Source: Thiothrix sp. (GTDB lineage: Bacteria; Pseudomonadota; Gammaproteobacteria; Thiotrichales; Thiotrichaceae). From it: DNA of 64,000 bases. The DNA is taken from the NCBI RefSeq assembly GCF_028714775.1, contig NZ_JAQTLS010000016.1:5149-69148 (forward strand). The letters are read 5' to 3'. A model generated the notes under the pieces. The model did not search any database. It had not been told where the DNA came from and worked only from the letters and a program-made list of their open reading frames with translations. A program made the position numbers and the translations under genes. Shown here in pieces: positions 1 to 10,195 of this stretch (position 1 is the first letter of the stretch; each line of letters begins with the position of its first letter).

Positions 1-478
1 AGATCATGTCGTTGACATCGGCATCCAGCGCCATTTCACCCATGCGCTGACGGATATTTTCCATCTCAGTGGAATCCACATGCCCATCCGCTTTGGCGGC
101 GGCGATCATGGCTTTCAGTAGGACTTCCGCACTGGCTTTTGGTGTAGCAGTTTGTTGTGCCGATTCCGCTGCATCACCCTCTGCTGGTGTTGACGCGCCA
201 CTTTCCCACTGGCGGTACATTTGATAGGCCATCCCACCCAGTGCAGCAAGACCACCCACTTTGACTGCGGCTCCTGTTACGCGCCGACCAGCTTGGGTTC
301 CCAACAACAAGGCCAACACGCCAGCCGCTGCTGCCCCGGTTTTCATGCCAGATAGCATGGAATCACGCTGCTCACCTTCTGCGGGAATACCCAGCTTTTG
401 CTCAGCAACCACTTGGCCTTTTTGTGCCATTTCCTTGCCGGATTGCAGTACTTGATCCAGAAAATTTTTCATATCCAT
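1..478 (-). CDS. DUF533/YebE-like (TerB-type) inner-membrane protein, N-terminal part only; the C-terminus lies beyond the window edge
   Basis: My own minus-strand translation from the ATG at 476-478 stays open to position 1: MDMKNFLDQVLQSGKEMAQKGQ...GAAAAGVLALLLGTQAGRRVTGAAVKVGGLAALGGMAYQMYRQWES...LLKAMIAAAKADGHVD. It has a Gly/Ala-rich membrane segment plus a TerB-like tail, as in E. coli YebE. It is absent from the ORF track because there is no stop in the window. Confidence 0.7.
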   Translation of the reverse strand, partial: MDMKNFLDQVLQSGKEMAQKGQVVAEQKLGIPAEGEQRDSMLSGMKTGAAAAGVLALLLGTQAGRRVTGAAVKVGGLAALGGMAYQMYRQWESGASTPAEGDAAESAQQTATPKASAEVLLKAMIAAAKADGHVDSTEMENIRQRMGEMALDADVNDMI

Positions 479-528
479 GTCCGTTTCCTTTGTTTTGGTA
501 ATGTCTGCGTTGCAGTAATGATAGTCCG

Positions 529-1239
529 TCAGGCAGAAGCCGCTGGTGAATCCTGCATGACTTCACGGATAAATTCGCGGGTGATTTTGCGCCCCTTGGT
601 CAAGCTGGCAGCATCCAAGCGGTTCAACATCGTCACCAAAGTTTCAATGTCATGCGGGTAATGGCGCTCGATGTATTTCATCACATGCGCAGGTAGCTCA
701 AAACCGCGTTGGTGGGCACGCCATGCCATTGCCTGCATACACTGCTCTTCCCGCATCACCTGCACACGGTAATCCGGTCCCCATAACAAGCGGGAGGCAA
801 GGTCAGGCACGAGGCACTGCATTTCACGCGGATTGGTACGGGAAGCCAGCAACAACGGCTGGTTATTGGCGCGGCAAGCATTGATCAGGTGCATCAAGGC
901 AATTTCCCAGTCACGCTGCCCAATAATGGCATCCAATTCGTCAATTACCACCAGATGCTTGTCTTCCAGACCTAACAACACGCGGATGCCGTACTGCGAA
1001 CAAGTCTTCAACGGAAAATACGCTGCCCGCAAACCTTGTTGGTAATAGTTTTCGCAACATGCTTGCAGCAGGTGGGACTTTCCCGCCAGCGTATCTCCCC
1101 ACAAAAATAGCTGGGGGAAATGTTGTTCAAACCCACGTTTCAGCACCCCTAACAATTCCGCATTTTCAGGGGTAACGAAAAACGAGCTGAAGCGATGCCC
1201 GTCACGCATCCCCACATTCAGGGTCAATTGCTGGCTCAT
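529..1239 (-). CDS. hda: DnaA regulatory inactivator Hda (DnaA-homologous AAA+ protein)
   Basis: 236 aa of short DnaA domain-III-like sequence (LFLWGDTLAGKSHLLQACC, VVIDELD, LLLASRTNPRE). ATG start, with an ATGA overlap onto the stop of the upstream gene. Confidence 0.85.
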   Translation of the reverse strand: MSQQLTLNVGMRDGHRFSSFFVTPENAELLGVLKRGFEQHFPQLFLWGDTLAGKSHLLQACCENYYQQGLRAAYFPLKTCSQYGIRVLLGLEDKHLVVIDELDAIIGQRDWEIALMHLINACRANNQPLLLASRTNPREMQCLVPDLASRLLWGPDYRVQVMREEQCMQAMAWRAHQRGFELPAHVMKYIERHYPHDIETLVTMLNRLDAASLTKGRKITREFIREVMQDSPAASA

Positions 1240-2327
1240 GGCGGCTCCGTCGCAGTGGGCGCAACGTCAACGTCGATACCGTAAATGTGGCTTTGCTTAT
1301 ATGTATCGTGGATATGCCGCAAAATGACCGCCAGTACCGCCGCCACCGGCAGAGCCAACAAAATACCAAGGAAACCAAACAACTGCCCCCCCGCCAATAC
1401 GGAGAAAATGACCGTTACCGGATGCAAACCAATCCGTTCACCTACCAGCAACGGGGTTAGGACAGTCCCTTCAATCACTTGCGCCACCCCAAACACCCCG
1501 AAAACCCAAAATAACTGGAATACGTCTTGGGTCTGGAACAGCACCGCAATCCCCGCCACACTGACCCCGACGATCAAACCGAGATACGGTACGAAACTGA
1601 CCAACCCGGCAATCAGGCCAATCAGCAAAGCAAAATCCACCCCGATCAACGTCAGCCCCGTGGCATAAATGCTTGCCAGCGCCAGCATCACCGACAGTTG
1701 CCCGCGCAGGAACGCACCCAACACATCGTCTGATTCCCGTGCCAGCTTAGCAATAATCGGCTCAATGGAACGCGGCAACAAGTCGTCGACATACGCCACC
1801 ATCCGATCCCAATCGCGCAACAGGTAGAAGGTAATGATCGGAACCAGCGCCAGATTTGCTACCCAACCCAACACCACAAAGCCGGATTTAGAAATGGTTT
1901 GGATCGCATTGCGGATAAAGCCACCCGTTTCCTGCCAATGTCCCGAGATGATGGTTTTCAGTTTATCCGCCTCCAACACGCTGGGGTCAACCCCGAGGGT
2001 ATCCCGCAAATACGGTGCAAGTACATTCACCACCCAATCAATGTACACCGGAACCATGCCGATGAAGCGTTTAACTTGGGTTTCTAGTACTGGCACGAGG
2101 AACAGGAAAAACAATACCAGCGACAGGATAATGACAAGAAACACCACTGCCACCGACAAGGTGCGTGAGAGTTTCCACGATTCCAGCCGATCAACCAACG
2201 GATCGCCCAAATACGCCAGAAAAGCCCCGACCAAGAATGGCGTGAGGATCGGCGCGAGCAAATACAGCAGGCTGAGCGCCAGCACCCCAACCGCCAACCA
2301 AAACCAACGTCCACTATCCAGTATCAT
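1236..2327 (-). CDS. AI-2E family transporter (PerM/YhhT-like permease)
   Basis: 363 aa with multiple TM helices and a typical UPF0118 C-terminal pattern (VLTPLLVGERIGLHPVTVIFSVLAGGQLFGFLGILLALPVAAV). Confidence 0.85.
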   Translation of the reverse strand: MILDSGRWFWLAVGVLALSLLYLLAPILTPFLVGAFLAYLGDPLVDRLESWKLSRTLSVAVVFLVIILSLVLFFLFLVPVLETQVKRFIGMVPVYIDWVVNVLAPYLRDTLGVDPSVLEADKLKTIISGHWQETGGFIRNAIQTISKSGFVVLGWVANLALVPIITFYLLRDWDRMVAYVDDLLPRSIEPIIAKLARESDDVLGAFLRGQLSVMLALASIYATGLTLIGVDFALLIGLIAGLVSFVPYLGLIVGVSVAGIAVLFQTQDVFQLFWVFGVFGVAQVIEGTVLTPLLVGERIGLHPVTVIFSVLAGGQLFGFLGILLALPVAAVLAVILRHIHDTYKQSHIYGIDVDVAPTATEPP

Positions 2328-2893
2328 GAATCACTCCTTTGGAATGCATAGCGCCCCCACAGAATCACATAAGCAATACCGCTAAGGCAGGTCGTGACAG
2401 CAACCGCCCATTGCAATCCCTGATTAAACCATTCAGGCAAGGGGTACAGCGCCACATGCAACAAGGTCATCGCCAGCAAGAAAATTTGCAAGCCTGTGTT
2501 GAGTTTGCTGATCATCAAGGGGCGCATTTCCAGCCGACCACGCAATAAGCGGCAGGCAATCGCGCCCAACACAATCACCACATCGCGCCCCAGCACCAGA
2601 CAAACCAGCCACCACGACAGCGTGCCTTGCAAGCCAAACACGATGAAAACCGACACCACAAACAATTTGTCTGCCACCGGGTCAAGTATTGCCCCCAAAC
2701 GGGTAAGCCAGCCGTAGCGCCGCGCTAAAAAACCGTCCAGCGCATCAGACAACCCTGCCACCACCAGCAAACCCAATGCCAAGGCATAGGCTTCCCGCCA
2801 CAGCAACCAGCAAATCGGTGCAATGGAAAGGATACGGATCACTGTGATGATGTTTGGAATTTGTTCCCGCACGTTTAACCTGTTCAAATACAA
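2324..2893 (-). CDS. CDP-alcohol phosphatidyltransferase family protein (second, PgsA-like paralog)
   Basis: Carries the D-x2-DG-x2-AR-x8-G-x3-D-x3-D motif (DALDGFLARRYGWLTRLGAILDPVADKL). The ORF-track start at 2893 is TTG and abuts a terminator hairpin. A GTG at 2872 (M/V-REQIPNIITVIRIL) is an equally likely start. Confidence 0.75.
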   Translation of the reverse strand: MYLNRLNVREQIPNIITVIRILSIAPICWLLWREAYALALGLLVVAGLSDALDGFLARRYGWLTRLGAILDPVADKLFVVSVFIVFGLQGTLSWWLVCLVLGRDVVIVLGAIACRLLRGRLEMRPLMISKLNTGLQIFLLAMTLLHVALYPLPEWFNQGLQWAVAVTTCLSGIAYVILWGRYAFQRSDS

Positions 2894-2894
2894 A

Positions 2895-2916
2895 GAAGGC
2901 TCCCAGTGGAGCCTTC
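2895..2916 (-). terminator. Intrinsic terminator downstream of the OmpA-family gene
   Basis: 9-bp perfect stem GAAGGCTCC / GGAGCCTTC with a 4-nt loop, followed on the minus strand by TTTGTATTTG. Confidence 0.5.
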
Positions 2917-2966
2917 ATGATATAACGGATTATAGGTCAAGTACCGATTTTCCGACCGCCACAGGT

Positions 2967-3614
2967 TTATTGCTGCTGGAGTGGAATCAGGGTGATCTCA
3001 ACCCGACGGTTTTGCGCACGTCCATACTCGGTACTGTTGTCTGCAATTGGGCGGCTTTCGCCGTAACCCACCGCCTGCATACGTTGCGCCATCACGCCTG
3101 CACCCGCCAAATAGCTGCGCACGCTGATAGCACGTTGCTCAGACAATTGCAGGTTAGCAGCAGTACCGCCCACGTTGTCCGTGTAGCCTGCCACTTGGAT
3201 ACGGGTGTTCGGGTACTGGTTCAGGGTATTTGCTAGGTTATCCAGCACACCGTAGAACTGCGGCTTCACGCCCGCTTGCCCGAAATCAAAGGTAATCGCA
3301 TCTGGCATGGTCAGGATGATATTGTCATTCTGACGTTGTACTTCAACACCTGTACCCTGCAAACTTTGACGTAAAGCAGCTTCTTGCTGATCCATGTAAT
3401 TGCCGATAGCTGCCCCCGCCAAACCACCGATTACAGCACCCGCCAACGCACGGTCATCGTCTTTATCCCCCGTGGTTTTGCCAATCACAGCACCCGCAAC
3501 ACCACCGATCAAAGCCCCTTGTTCGGCACGGGTCATTTCACCGTTTGGCCCACACCCTGCCAGCAATGCTGCTGCCAAAGACGCGACCACTACATGACTC
3601 ATGGAAAATTGCAT
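2967..3614 (-). CDS. OmpA-family lipoprotein with glycine-zipper region
   Basis: Lipobox LLAGC, glycine zippers GGVAGAVIGK and GAVIGGLAGAAIG, and a C-terminal OmpA/Pal peptidoglycan-binding domain (RIQVAGYTDNVG..NLQLSEQRA..NRRVEI). A GAGG ribosome-binding site lies upstream of the ATG at 3614. Confidence 0.8.
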   Translation of the reverse strand: MQFSMSHVVVASLAAALLAGCGPNGEMTRAEQGALIGGVAGAVIGKTTGDKDDDRALAGAVIGGLAGAAIGNYMDQQEAALRQSLQGTGVEVQRQNDNIILTMPDAITFDFGQAGVKPQFYGVLDNLANTLNQYPNTRIQVAGYTDNVGGTAANLQLSEQRAISVRSYLAGAGVMAQRMQAVGYGESRPIADNSTEYGRAQNRRVEITLIPLQQQ

Positions 3615-3651
3615 TATTGTTAACCTCTATTATGTTGTTATGAAAGTTGTT

Positions 3652-5082
3652 TTACGCTGTTTTTGCGACGATGAACGCCTTGATAGCATCGGCATCTGCA
3701 TCCATGACATCAAAACGCTGAGGCAGGCTTTCGAGGTCTTCCATGCCCGCAGGCCGTACCGGGTCACGCCCCAATGCTTCACGGATGGAATCTTCAAACT
3801 TGGCAGGCAGCGCAGTTTCCAGCACCAGCATTGGCACTCCCGCTTCACGCTGCTCCAACGCCACCTTCAAACCGTCAGCAGTATGCGTGTCGATCATCAC
3901 GCCATAGGTTTCCCATGTTTGGCGGATCATCTGCATCCGATGCGCGTGGGAACTCGCCCCCGACTGGAAGCCAAACGTTGGCACTTGTGCAAACACGCCG
4001 TCCGCATTCAAATCAAATGCGCCGCCATTATCCACTGCATTCCACAATGCCCCAACCTTCGCGCCATCACGCCCGACCAAATCGAACACGAAACGCTCAA
4101 AGTTGGACGCTTTGGAAATGTCCATCGACGGGCTGCTGGTGTGGTAGGTATTCGCCGAACCGCGCGGACGGTAAACCCCAGTGCGGAAAAATTCATCCAG
4201 CACGTCGTTTTCGTTAGTCGCCACCACCAAATGCTTGATCGGCAAACCCATCATCCGCGCAATATGCCCGGCACACACATTGCCGAAATTACCGGAAGGC
4301 ACAGCAAAGCTCACTTGCTGATCATTCGAGTCGGTAGCCGCAAAGTAGCCTTTGAAGTAGTAAACAATTTGTGCTGCAACCCGACCCCAGTTGATCGAAT
4401 TGACCGCGCCAATTTTATTCGCTGCCTTGAACGCATGATCATTGGAAACCGCTTTCACGATGTCCTGACAATCATCGAACACACCTTTGACCGCTATATT
4501 GAAAATATTCGGGTCTTGCAGGCTGAACATCTGCGCAGTCTGGAAACGGCTCATCTTGCCATGCGGCGACAGCATGAACACGTTCACACCCTTTTTGCCT
4601 CGCATCGCGTATTCAGCGGAAGAGCCTGTATCGCCGGAAGTTGCGCCGAGGATATTGATCCCCTGCCCTGCTTTTGCCAGCACGTATTCAAACAGATTAC
4701 CGAGCAACTGCATTGCCATGTCTTTAAACGCAATGGTCGGGCCATTCGACAAGCACAGCAGGTGCAAATCCGGCTCCAATGTATGCAGCGGGGTAATGTC
4801 TGCTGCATTTTCGCCATCACGCACATTGCAATACACTTCCGGCGTGTAAGTCTTGTCGATAATCGCTTTCAGATCATCTGCCGGGATGTCGGTAATAAAA
4901 CGCGACAGCACTGCAAACGCCAACTCGCGGTAGTTCATGCCGCGCATTTGCGTCAAATCCGTAACCGTCAGTTGCGGGTAAGTTTCAGGCAGGTACAAAC
5001 CGCCATCGGGCGCAAGGCCACCCAGCAGAATTTCGCTGAAAGATTGCGCAGGCGATTGCCCACGGGTCGAAATGTATTTCAT
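3652..5082 (-). CDS. thrC: Threonine synthase
   Basis: 476-aa long-form ThrC (MKYISTRGQ..., PTIAFKDMAMQ PLP-lysine context) lying directly downstream of hom. Confidence 0.95.
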   Translation of the reverse strand: MKYISTRGQSPAQSFSEILLGGLAPDGGLYLPETYPQLTVTDLTQMRGMNYRELAFAVLSRFITDIPADDLKAIIDKTYTPEVYCNVRDGENAADITPLHTLEPDLHLLCLSNGPTIAFKDMAMQLLGNLFEYVLAKAGQGINILGATSGDTGSSAEYAMRGKKGVNVFMLSPHGKMSRFQTAQMFSLQDPNIFNIAVKGVFDDCQDIVKAVSNDHAFKAANKIGAVNSINWGRVAAQIVYYFKGYFAATDSNDQQVSFAVPSGNFGNVCAGHIARMMGLPIKHLVVATNENDVLDEFFRTGVYRPRGSANTYHTSSPSMDISKASNFERFVFDLVGRDGAKVGALWNAVDNGGAFDLNADGVFAQVPTFGFQSGASSHAHRMQMIRQTWETYGVMIDTHTADGLKVALEQREAGVPMLVLETALPAKFEDSIREALGRDPVRPAGMEDLESLPQRFDVMDADADAIKAFIVAKTA

Positions 5083-5085
5083 GGT

Positions 5086-6396
5086 TTAGCCCAACGCCTC
5101 TACGCGGATACGGGTCACACTGCTGCAAATGGTGTCCAGCGCTTCAATCGCCGCAATCGCTTCGTTCATGTTACCTTCGCGCACCCGCTGGGTCAGCATG
5201 ATGATGTCGACCTTATCCACGCCGCTCGTCGGCTCTTTCTGGATGAAGGCTTCGATACTGATCTGGCGGTCGCCGAGGATGCGCGTCACATCTGCCAATA
5301 CGCCGGGGCGGTCAACCGCACACATGCGCAGGTAGAACGCGGTTTCCACTTCCTCAATCGGCAGGATCGCAGTATCAGCCAGTTGGGTTGGTTGGAACGC
5401 CAAATGCGGTACGCGATTTTCCGGGTCAGCCGTCAGTGCACGGGTCACGTCCACCAAATCAGCTATCACTGCTGAAGCAGTCGGTTCCGCACCTGCGCCC
5501 GCGCCGTAATACAGCGTTGGGCCAACGGCGTCGCCTTTCACCAATACCGCATTCATGACCCCATCCACGTTGGCAATCAGGCGGCGGTGCGGAATCAAGG
5601 TCGGGTGTACGCGCTGTTCAATACCTTTGGCGGTACGGCGGGCAATCCCTAAGTGCTTGATGCGGTAGCCGAGTTCGGTGGCGTAAGTCACATCTTCGGC
5701 AGTAATTTTGGTGATGCCCTCGGTATAGGTCTGGCGGAATTGCAGCGGGATACCAAACGCAATGGATGACAAGATGGTAAGCTTGTGGCCTGCGTCGATG
5801 CCTTCCACGTCAAAGGTCGGGTCAGCTTCGGCGTAGCCCAGTGCTTGCGCTTCTGCCAATACATCGCCAAAAGCACGGCCTTTGTCACGCATTTCGGTCA
5901 GGATGAAATTGCCCGTACCGTTGATGATGCCTGCCAGCCATTCAATGCGATTCGCTGCCAAGCCCTCACGCACGGCTTTGATAACCGGAATGCCACCCGC
6001 AACAGCGGCTTCAAACGCCACCATCACACCTTTTTCCTGTGCAGCGGCGAAAATCTCATTACCGTGCAGCGCAATCAGCGCTTTGTTGGCGGTCACAACG
6101 TGCTTACCGCTACGGATAGCCTGTAACACCAGATCACGCGCCACGGTGTAACCGCCGATCAGTTCCACCACAATTTGGATGTCGGGATCATTGACCACAT
6201 CGAAAGCATTTTGCGTCAAACGCACATCACTCAAACCCAATTCGGCAGCGCGGCTCAGGTCGAGGTTTGCGGCGTAATCAATCACAATGCCACGGCCTGC
6301 GCGGCGGGCGATTTCTTCCGCATTACGTTTCAAAACAGTGGCAGTACCACCACCGACGGTTCCCAGCCCCAGCAGGCCAACCTTGACAGGTTCCAT
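5086..6396 (-). CDS. hom: Homoserine dehydrogenase
   Basis: Contains GLLGLGTVGGG Rossmann motif, catalytic core and C-terminal ACT domain. I prefer the ATG at 6396 (MEPVKVGLLG), which has AGGAG 5 nt upstream, over the track's GTG at 6402. Confidence 0.95.
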   Translation of the reverse strand: MEPVKVGLLGLGTVGGGTATVLKRNAEEIARRAGRGIVIDYAANLDLSRAAELGLSDVRLTQNAFDVVNDPDIQIVVELIGGYTVARDLVLQAIRSGKHVVTANKALIALHGNEIFAAAQEKGVMVAFEAAVAGGIPVIKAVREGLAANRIEWLAGIINGTGNFILTEMRDKGRAFGDVLAEAQALGYAEADPTFDVEGIDAGHKLTILSSIAFGIPLQFRQTYTEGITKITAEDVTYATELGYRIKHLGIARRTAKGIEQRVHPTLIPHRRLIANVDGVMNAVLVKGDAVGPTLYYGAGAGAEPTASAVIADLVDVTRALTADPENRVPHLAFQPTQLADTAILPIEEVETAFYLRMCAVDRPGVLADVTRILGDRQISIEAFIQKEPTSGVDKVDIIMLTQRVREGNMNEAIAAIEALDTICSSVTRIRVEALG

Positions 6397-6398
6397 GC

Positions 6399-7628
6399 TC
6401 ACTCCTTTAAACCCTGATCTTTACGGAACATTTGTTTGATATTGCGGATCGCCTGACGGGTACGGTGCTCGTTCTCAATCAGGCTGAAACGCACGTGGTC
6501 GTCGCCGTATTCACCGAAGCCAATCCCCGGCGATACTGCAACTTGCGCATCTTTTAACAGTTTCTTGGCAAATTCGAGTGACCCCATCGCAGCGTAAGCG
6601 GCGGGAATCTTTGCCCACACGAACATGCTGGCTTTAGGGCGTTCAACTTCCCAACCAGCGCCATTCAAGCCATCGCACAACACGTTGCGGCGGCTTTCAT
6701 ACATTTTACGGATGTCTTCCACGCAATCCTGCGGGCCATCCAAAGCAGCAATCGCCGCAATCTGGATCGGGGCAAACATACCGTAGTCCAGATACGATTT
6801 GATACGTTCCAGCGCTTTCACCAGCACCGGGTTGCCGCACATGAAACCTACCCGCCAACCGGGCATGTTGTAAGTTTTTGACAGGGAATAGAATTCCACT
6901 GCAATATCCTTCGCACCCGGCACTTGCAGGATCGAAGGCGCAGTATAACCGTCGAAACAGATTTCACCGTAAGCAATGTCATGGATTACCCAAACATCGT
7001 GCTCTTTGGCGACTTTGATCACGCGCTCGAAGAAATCCAGTTCCACACACTGCCCGGTTGGATTACCGGGGAAGTTGATGATCAGCATCTTGGGTTTAGG
7101 CCAAGAGTTTTTGATCGCCGCCTCCAATTCCTCGAAGAAATCTTTACCCGGAACCAAGGGCACATGGCGAATATCGGCATCGGCGATAATGCTGCCATAC
7201 GGGTGGATCGGGTACGCAGGATTCGGCACTAATACCGTATCGCCCCGGCTTAAGGTTGCCAACGCCAAGTGCGCCAAACCTTCTTTGGAACCGATGGTGA
7301 CAATCGCTTCGGTTTCCGGGTCAATGTCTACGTCAAACTTGCGTTTGTACCAGTTACTGATGGCTTTGCGCAGGCGCGGGATACCGCGAGACATGGAATA
7401 ACGGTGGGTATCGCCGCGTTGTGCTGCTTCCACCAATTTGTCCACGATATGCTTGGGCGTCGGCTGGTCTGGATTCCCCATCCCAAAGTCGATAATGTCT
7501 TCGCCCTTGGCTCGCGCTTCCCGTTTGAGTGCATCGGTAATCTTGAAAACGTAGGTTGGAAGCCGGTTTATTCTTTGAAAGTCGTCCTGCACGGTTTGTT
7601 CTAATCCATCGAAGCAAAAACAACCCAT
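6399..7628 (-). CDS. alaC: PLP-dependent aminotransferase, AlaC-like (alanine/glutamate-pyruvate transaminase type)
   Basis: Fold-type I aminotransferase with [22 protein letters not shown] and [14 protein letters not shown] (PLP lysine). The N-terminus resembles E. coli AlaC. The start is uncertain: ATG 7628 or an internal GTG giving [12 protein letters not shown]. Confidence 0.75.
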   Translation of the reverse strand: MGCFCFDGLEQTVQDDFQRINRLPTYVFKITDALKREARAKGEDIIDFGMGNPDQPTPKHIVDKLVEAAQRGDTHRYSMSRGIPRLRKAISNWYKRKFDVDIDPETEAIVTIGSKEGLAHLALATLSRGDTVLVPNPAYPIHPYGSIIADADIRHVPLVPGKDFFEELEAAIKNSWPKPKMLIINFPGNPTGQCVELDFFERVIKVAKEHDVWVIHDIAYGEICFDGYTAPSILQVPGAKDIAVEFYSLSKTYNMPGWRVGFMCGNPVLVKALERIKSYLDYGMFAPIQIAAIAALDGPQDCVEDIRKMYESRRNVLCDGLNGAGWEVERPKASMFVWAKIPAAYAAMGSLEFAKKLLKDAQVAVSPGIGFGEYGDDHVRFSLIENEHRTRQAIRNIKQMFRKDQGLKE

Positions 7629-7730
7629 CACTGGGGCCTTGATAAGCCAGCCACATTACAATCCACCATGCAGGCTGTCAATTATAGAAAAGGCTAAGGG
7701 GGAGGAAATGGATGGAGAGCGGCAGCAAGA

Positions 7731-7760
7731 ATGCCCCACCGTGCAGTAACAGTGGGGCAT
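7731..7760 (-). terminator. Hairpin downstream of rpoS
   Basis: 9-bp stem ATGCCCCAC / GTGGGGCAT with a 12-nt loop, about 20 nt after the rpoS stop. The U-tract is weak (TTCTTGC). Confidence 0.4.
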
Positions 7761-7780
7761 TTACTTAAAGGTAAGGCAGT

Positions 7781-8788
7781 TTAGGCTAGCCCGAGTAGGC
7801 TTTCGCCGGATAAGCCTTTGTTTTCAAGGATACGGCGTAGACGCTTAAGGGCATCCATCTGGATTTGGCGGACGCGCTCGCGGGTCAGCCCCAGAGCTTC
7901 GCCAACTTGTTCGAGGGTGGCGCGTTCATGACCATGCAAACCAAAACGGCGCACAATCACTTCTTTTTGTTTGAATTCCAATTGCTCCAACCAGCTATCA
8001 ACCGATTGGGTAATGTCTTCATCTTCCAGTTTGCTGGCGGGTTCGTCTTCCCCATCGCCACTGACAAAATCCACTAAGGGGCTATCGCCATCCTTGCCGA
8101 CGGGAATATCCAGCGAGGTAATGCGCTCATTGAAATCCAGCAGCTTACGCAGGGATTCCACCGGCTTATCCATGACTGCCGCTACTTCCTGCAAAGACGG
8201 TTCATAACCCAACTTCTGGGTCATTTCGCGCACCTTACGCAGATAAGCATTCAACTCTTTATTGACGTGGATGGGCAAACGGATGGTACGGGTCTGGTTC
8301 ATCAGTGCCCGTTCAATATTTTGCCGAATCCACCAAGTGGCATACGTGGAAAAACGGAAACCACGTTCAGGATCAAACTTCTCTACCGCATGGATCAAAC
8401 CGAGATTCCCTTCTTCGATCAGATCAGGCAGCGGCAAACCGCGCCCCATGTAGCGGCGGGCAATTTTCACCACCAGACGCAAATTACAGGTAATCATCTT
8501 TTTGCGCCCAAGCTCATCACCTGCGCGGGCAAGCCGACCGTAATACACCTCTTCCTCAGGCGTCAGCAGTGATGAGAACTCGATTTCACGCAAATACATC
8601 TGCGTGGCATCCATCTCATACGTCCCCACTGTGGTAACGGTAACGAGTGGGCTGGCATCATCAACTTCAACCTCTGGAGCATCATCCAACTCCTCCTCCA
8701 GGGCGCACAAATCATCTTCTTCAGCGGTATCAAACGCGACAAACGGTTCTTCTTTGTCACGAATGCGAGTCTGTGGTCTTGGCATCAT
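7781..8788 (-). CDS. rpoS: RNA polymerase sigma factor RpoS (sigma-38)
   Basis: About 335 aa with an acidic N-terminus and regions 2-4. [20 protein letters not shown] and [12 protein letters not shown] closely parallel E. coli RpoS. The start is placed at the ATGATG at 8788/8785, with AAGGAG 5 nt upstream. Confidence 0.85.
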   Translation of the reverse strand: MMPRPQTRIRDKEEPFVAFDTAEEDDLCALEEELDDAPEVEVDDASPLVTVTTVGTYEMDATQMYLREIEFSSLLTPEEEVYYGRLARAGDELGRKKMITCNLRLVVKIARRYMGRGLPLPDLIEEGNLGLIHAVEKFDPERGFRFSTYATWWIRQNIERALMNQTRTIRLPIHVNKELNAYLRKVREMTQKLGYEPSLQEVAAVMDKPVESLRKLLDFNERITSLDIPVGKDGDSPLVDFVSGDGEDEPASKLEDEDITQSVDSWLEQLEFKQKEVIVRRFGLHGHERATLEQVGEALGLTRERVRQIQMDALKRLRRILENKGLSGESLLGLA

Positions 8789-9075
8789 GTAGACTCCTTT
8801 GTTGTAACGGGGTTTCATACACAGGATCAGCGTCACCTGATCGAAATTCACCCTTCTGACGGGGTGTTTGACTTATCCTTCGTCCCCAAACTGACACTCT
8901 TAAACTTATTCTGGATGCACGTTAGCACAAAAGCACGCCAGCGAAAAGACCTTAATGTAAACTTAACGAAAAACTTAAGTACATGATTACTAAACAATCG
9001 CATAGCCAGCATAAAAAGTACTGAAAATTCAAACTGAACGCACACTGAACAAACAAAACTATTTGACAGTAAACG

Positions 9076-9543
9076 TTAGAGGCCACCATAACGTTGACGC
9101 AGGCTTTGCATATAAGCCTTACGCTCTGCATCACTCATGTCCGGCCACACCTGACGGAGTTTCTGCTGTTCGGCGAGGGGAAGGGTTTTCACCCATTGAT
9201 ACCACACCTTGATCCTTGCTTTTTTAGCCGTAGGCATAGCTTTATAGTGTTGGAGCTGTGCTGCAACTTTTCGCTGCTGGGCGGGGGAAAGTTGCTTCCA
9301 TTCGGTATAACGCTGCTTAATGCGCCCGCGTTCTGTCGGTGGCTTGGCTGCCCAACGGCGCAAGGTTGTCTGCTTGCCTTCCGGGAAATCATCCCAGTCA
9401 CCTGCAAACGGTCTCAACACCGCCTGTTCATTACCATTCAGTTCAGACCATTTCACGGTATCAGCCATGACCTGCCCGCCCATCATCAGTATTGCCGTTC
9501 CAAATAAGGGATAGATGAAACGGCTTGTATCGCTGGATTTCAT
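9076..9543 (-). CDS. DUF3106 domain protein (secreted), last gene of the ECF sigma operon
   Basis: Signal peptide followed by repeated helical W/R/Q-rich motifs (RRWAAKPPTERGRIKQRYTEWKQLSPAQQRK..., WYQWVKTLPLAEQQKLRQVW) typical of DUF3106. ATGA overlap with the upstream small gene. Confidence 0.75.
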   Translation of the reverse strand: MKSSDTSRFIYPLFGTAILMMGGQVMADTVKWSELNGNEQAVLRPFAGDWDDFPEGKQTTLRRWAAKPPTERGRIKQRYTEWKQLSPAQQRKVAAQLQHYKAMPTAKKARIKVWYQWVKTLPLAEQQKLRQVWPDMSDAERKAYMQSLRQRYGGL

Positions 9544-9761
9544 TCCGAATTCTCCACGGTATTCTCTGCCAGCATATAAAGGGAATCTTCGCCAGCAAAT
9601 TCAATCAATTCATTGGCATCGTCCCAATAACTCCCGTATTCATCCCACCACGACATCATTTCAGTAATTTCATCGGCTGTTTCGTCGGCAGATGCCGGTA
9701 AAAACCACACCAACAAGATCAACAGGCCATAACAGCCTATGCGGATTCCATTCCTTTGCAT
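9540..9761 (-). CDS. Small secreted acidic Trp-rich protein (hypothetical)
   Basis: 73 aa with a signal-like N-terminus (GLLILLVWFLPASA), then DETADEITEMMSWWDEYGSYWDD. AGGTGA ribosome-binding site. Translationally coupled (ATGA) to the DUF3106 gene. Confidence 0.45.
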   Translation of the reverse strand: MQRNGIRIGCYGLLILLVWFLPASADETADEITEMMSWWDEYGSYWDDANELIEFAGEDSLYMLAENTVENSE

Positions 9762-9782
9762 AACATCACCTAATGTCCTAGG

Positions 9783-10193
9783 TTAGCCGTATTCGGCATC
9801 CATCCATTCGTACATTTCCAGATTTTCGAGAAAATCCATCTCCTCGTTGGACATCAAAATATCCATTACATTCCCCTCCTGATTAAGCGCAGCGGCTTCT
9901 GGTAAGGAACGTTCAGGTACTATTGATGCTTCTGGAACCGTCTCCGGGGTGAGTGAATCGGTCGCATTCGGTAAGACCCAAAGTGCTACTGCCAGTGTGA
10001 CTACAGCAGTCGCAGCAAATCCGTTAGAAAACGACATGAAGCCAAAAAAGTCCGACGAACGGTCATTTCGTGCTAACGCCTGTAACCGCGCTTGACTCAA
10101 TTTTCCCCTGATCTGTGCATCCAAGCCATTGGCTGAACAGTCTAACCCCTGTTTGACTGCCTCAACCAAGACCTGCTCTGTTAAATTTTTCAT
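9783..10193 (-). CDS. DUF3619-like protein (putative anti-sigma/membrane partner of the ECF sigma)
   Basis: The start is trimmed to MKNLTEQVLVEAVKQGLD (ATG 10193), 2 nt after the sigma-factor stop. It has a central TM segment (FAATAVVTLAVALWVL). Its position immediately after an ECF sigma matches the known sigma/DUF3619/DUF3106 arrangement. Confidence 0.65.
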   Translation of the reverse strand: MKNLTEQVLVEAVKQGLDCSANGLDAQIRGKLSQARLQALARNDRSSDFFGFMSFSNGFAATAVVTLAVALWVLPNATDSLTPETVPEASIVPERSLPEAAALNQEGNVMDILMSNEEMDFLENLEMYEWMDAEYG

Positions 10194-10195
10194 GA

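Noticed and set aside
261-455. 64-aa plus-strand ORF at the left edge.
   Set aside because: It lies antisense within the open minus-strand YebE-like reading frame (1-478), which has recognisable family features.
3601-5475. 624-aa plus-strand ORF.
   Set aside because: It is antisense to thrC and hom, whose products are unmistakable. Its translation is Arg/His/Cys-rich nonsense typical of shadow ORFs in GC-biased coding DNA.
8848-9134. Small ORFs in the AT-rich rpoS upstream region.
   Set aside because: They have no ribosome-binding sites and hydrophobic, low-complexity translations. The region is more plausibly the rpoS promoter and leader.
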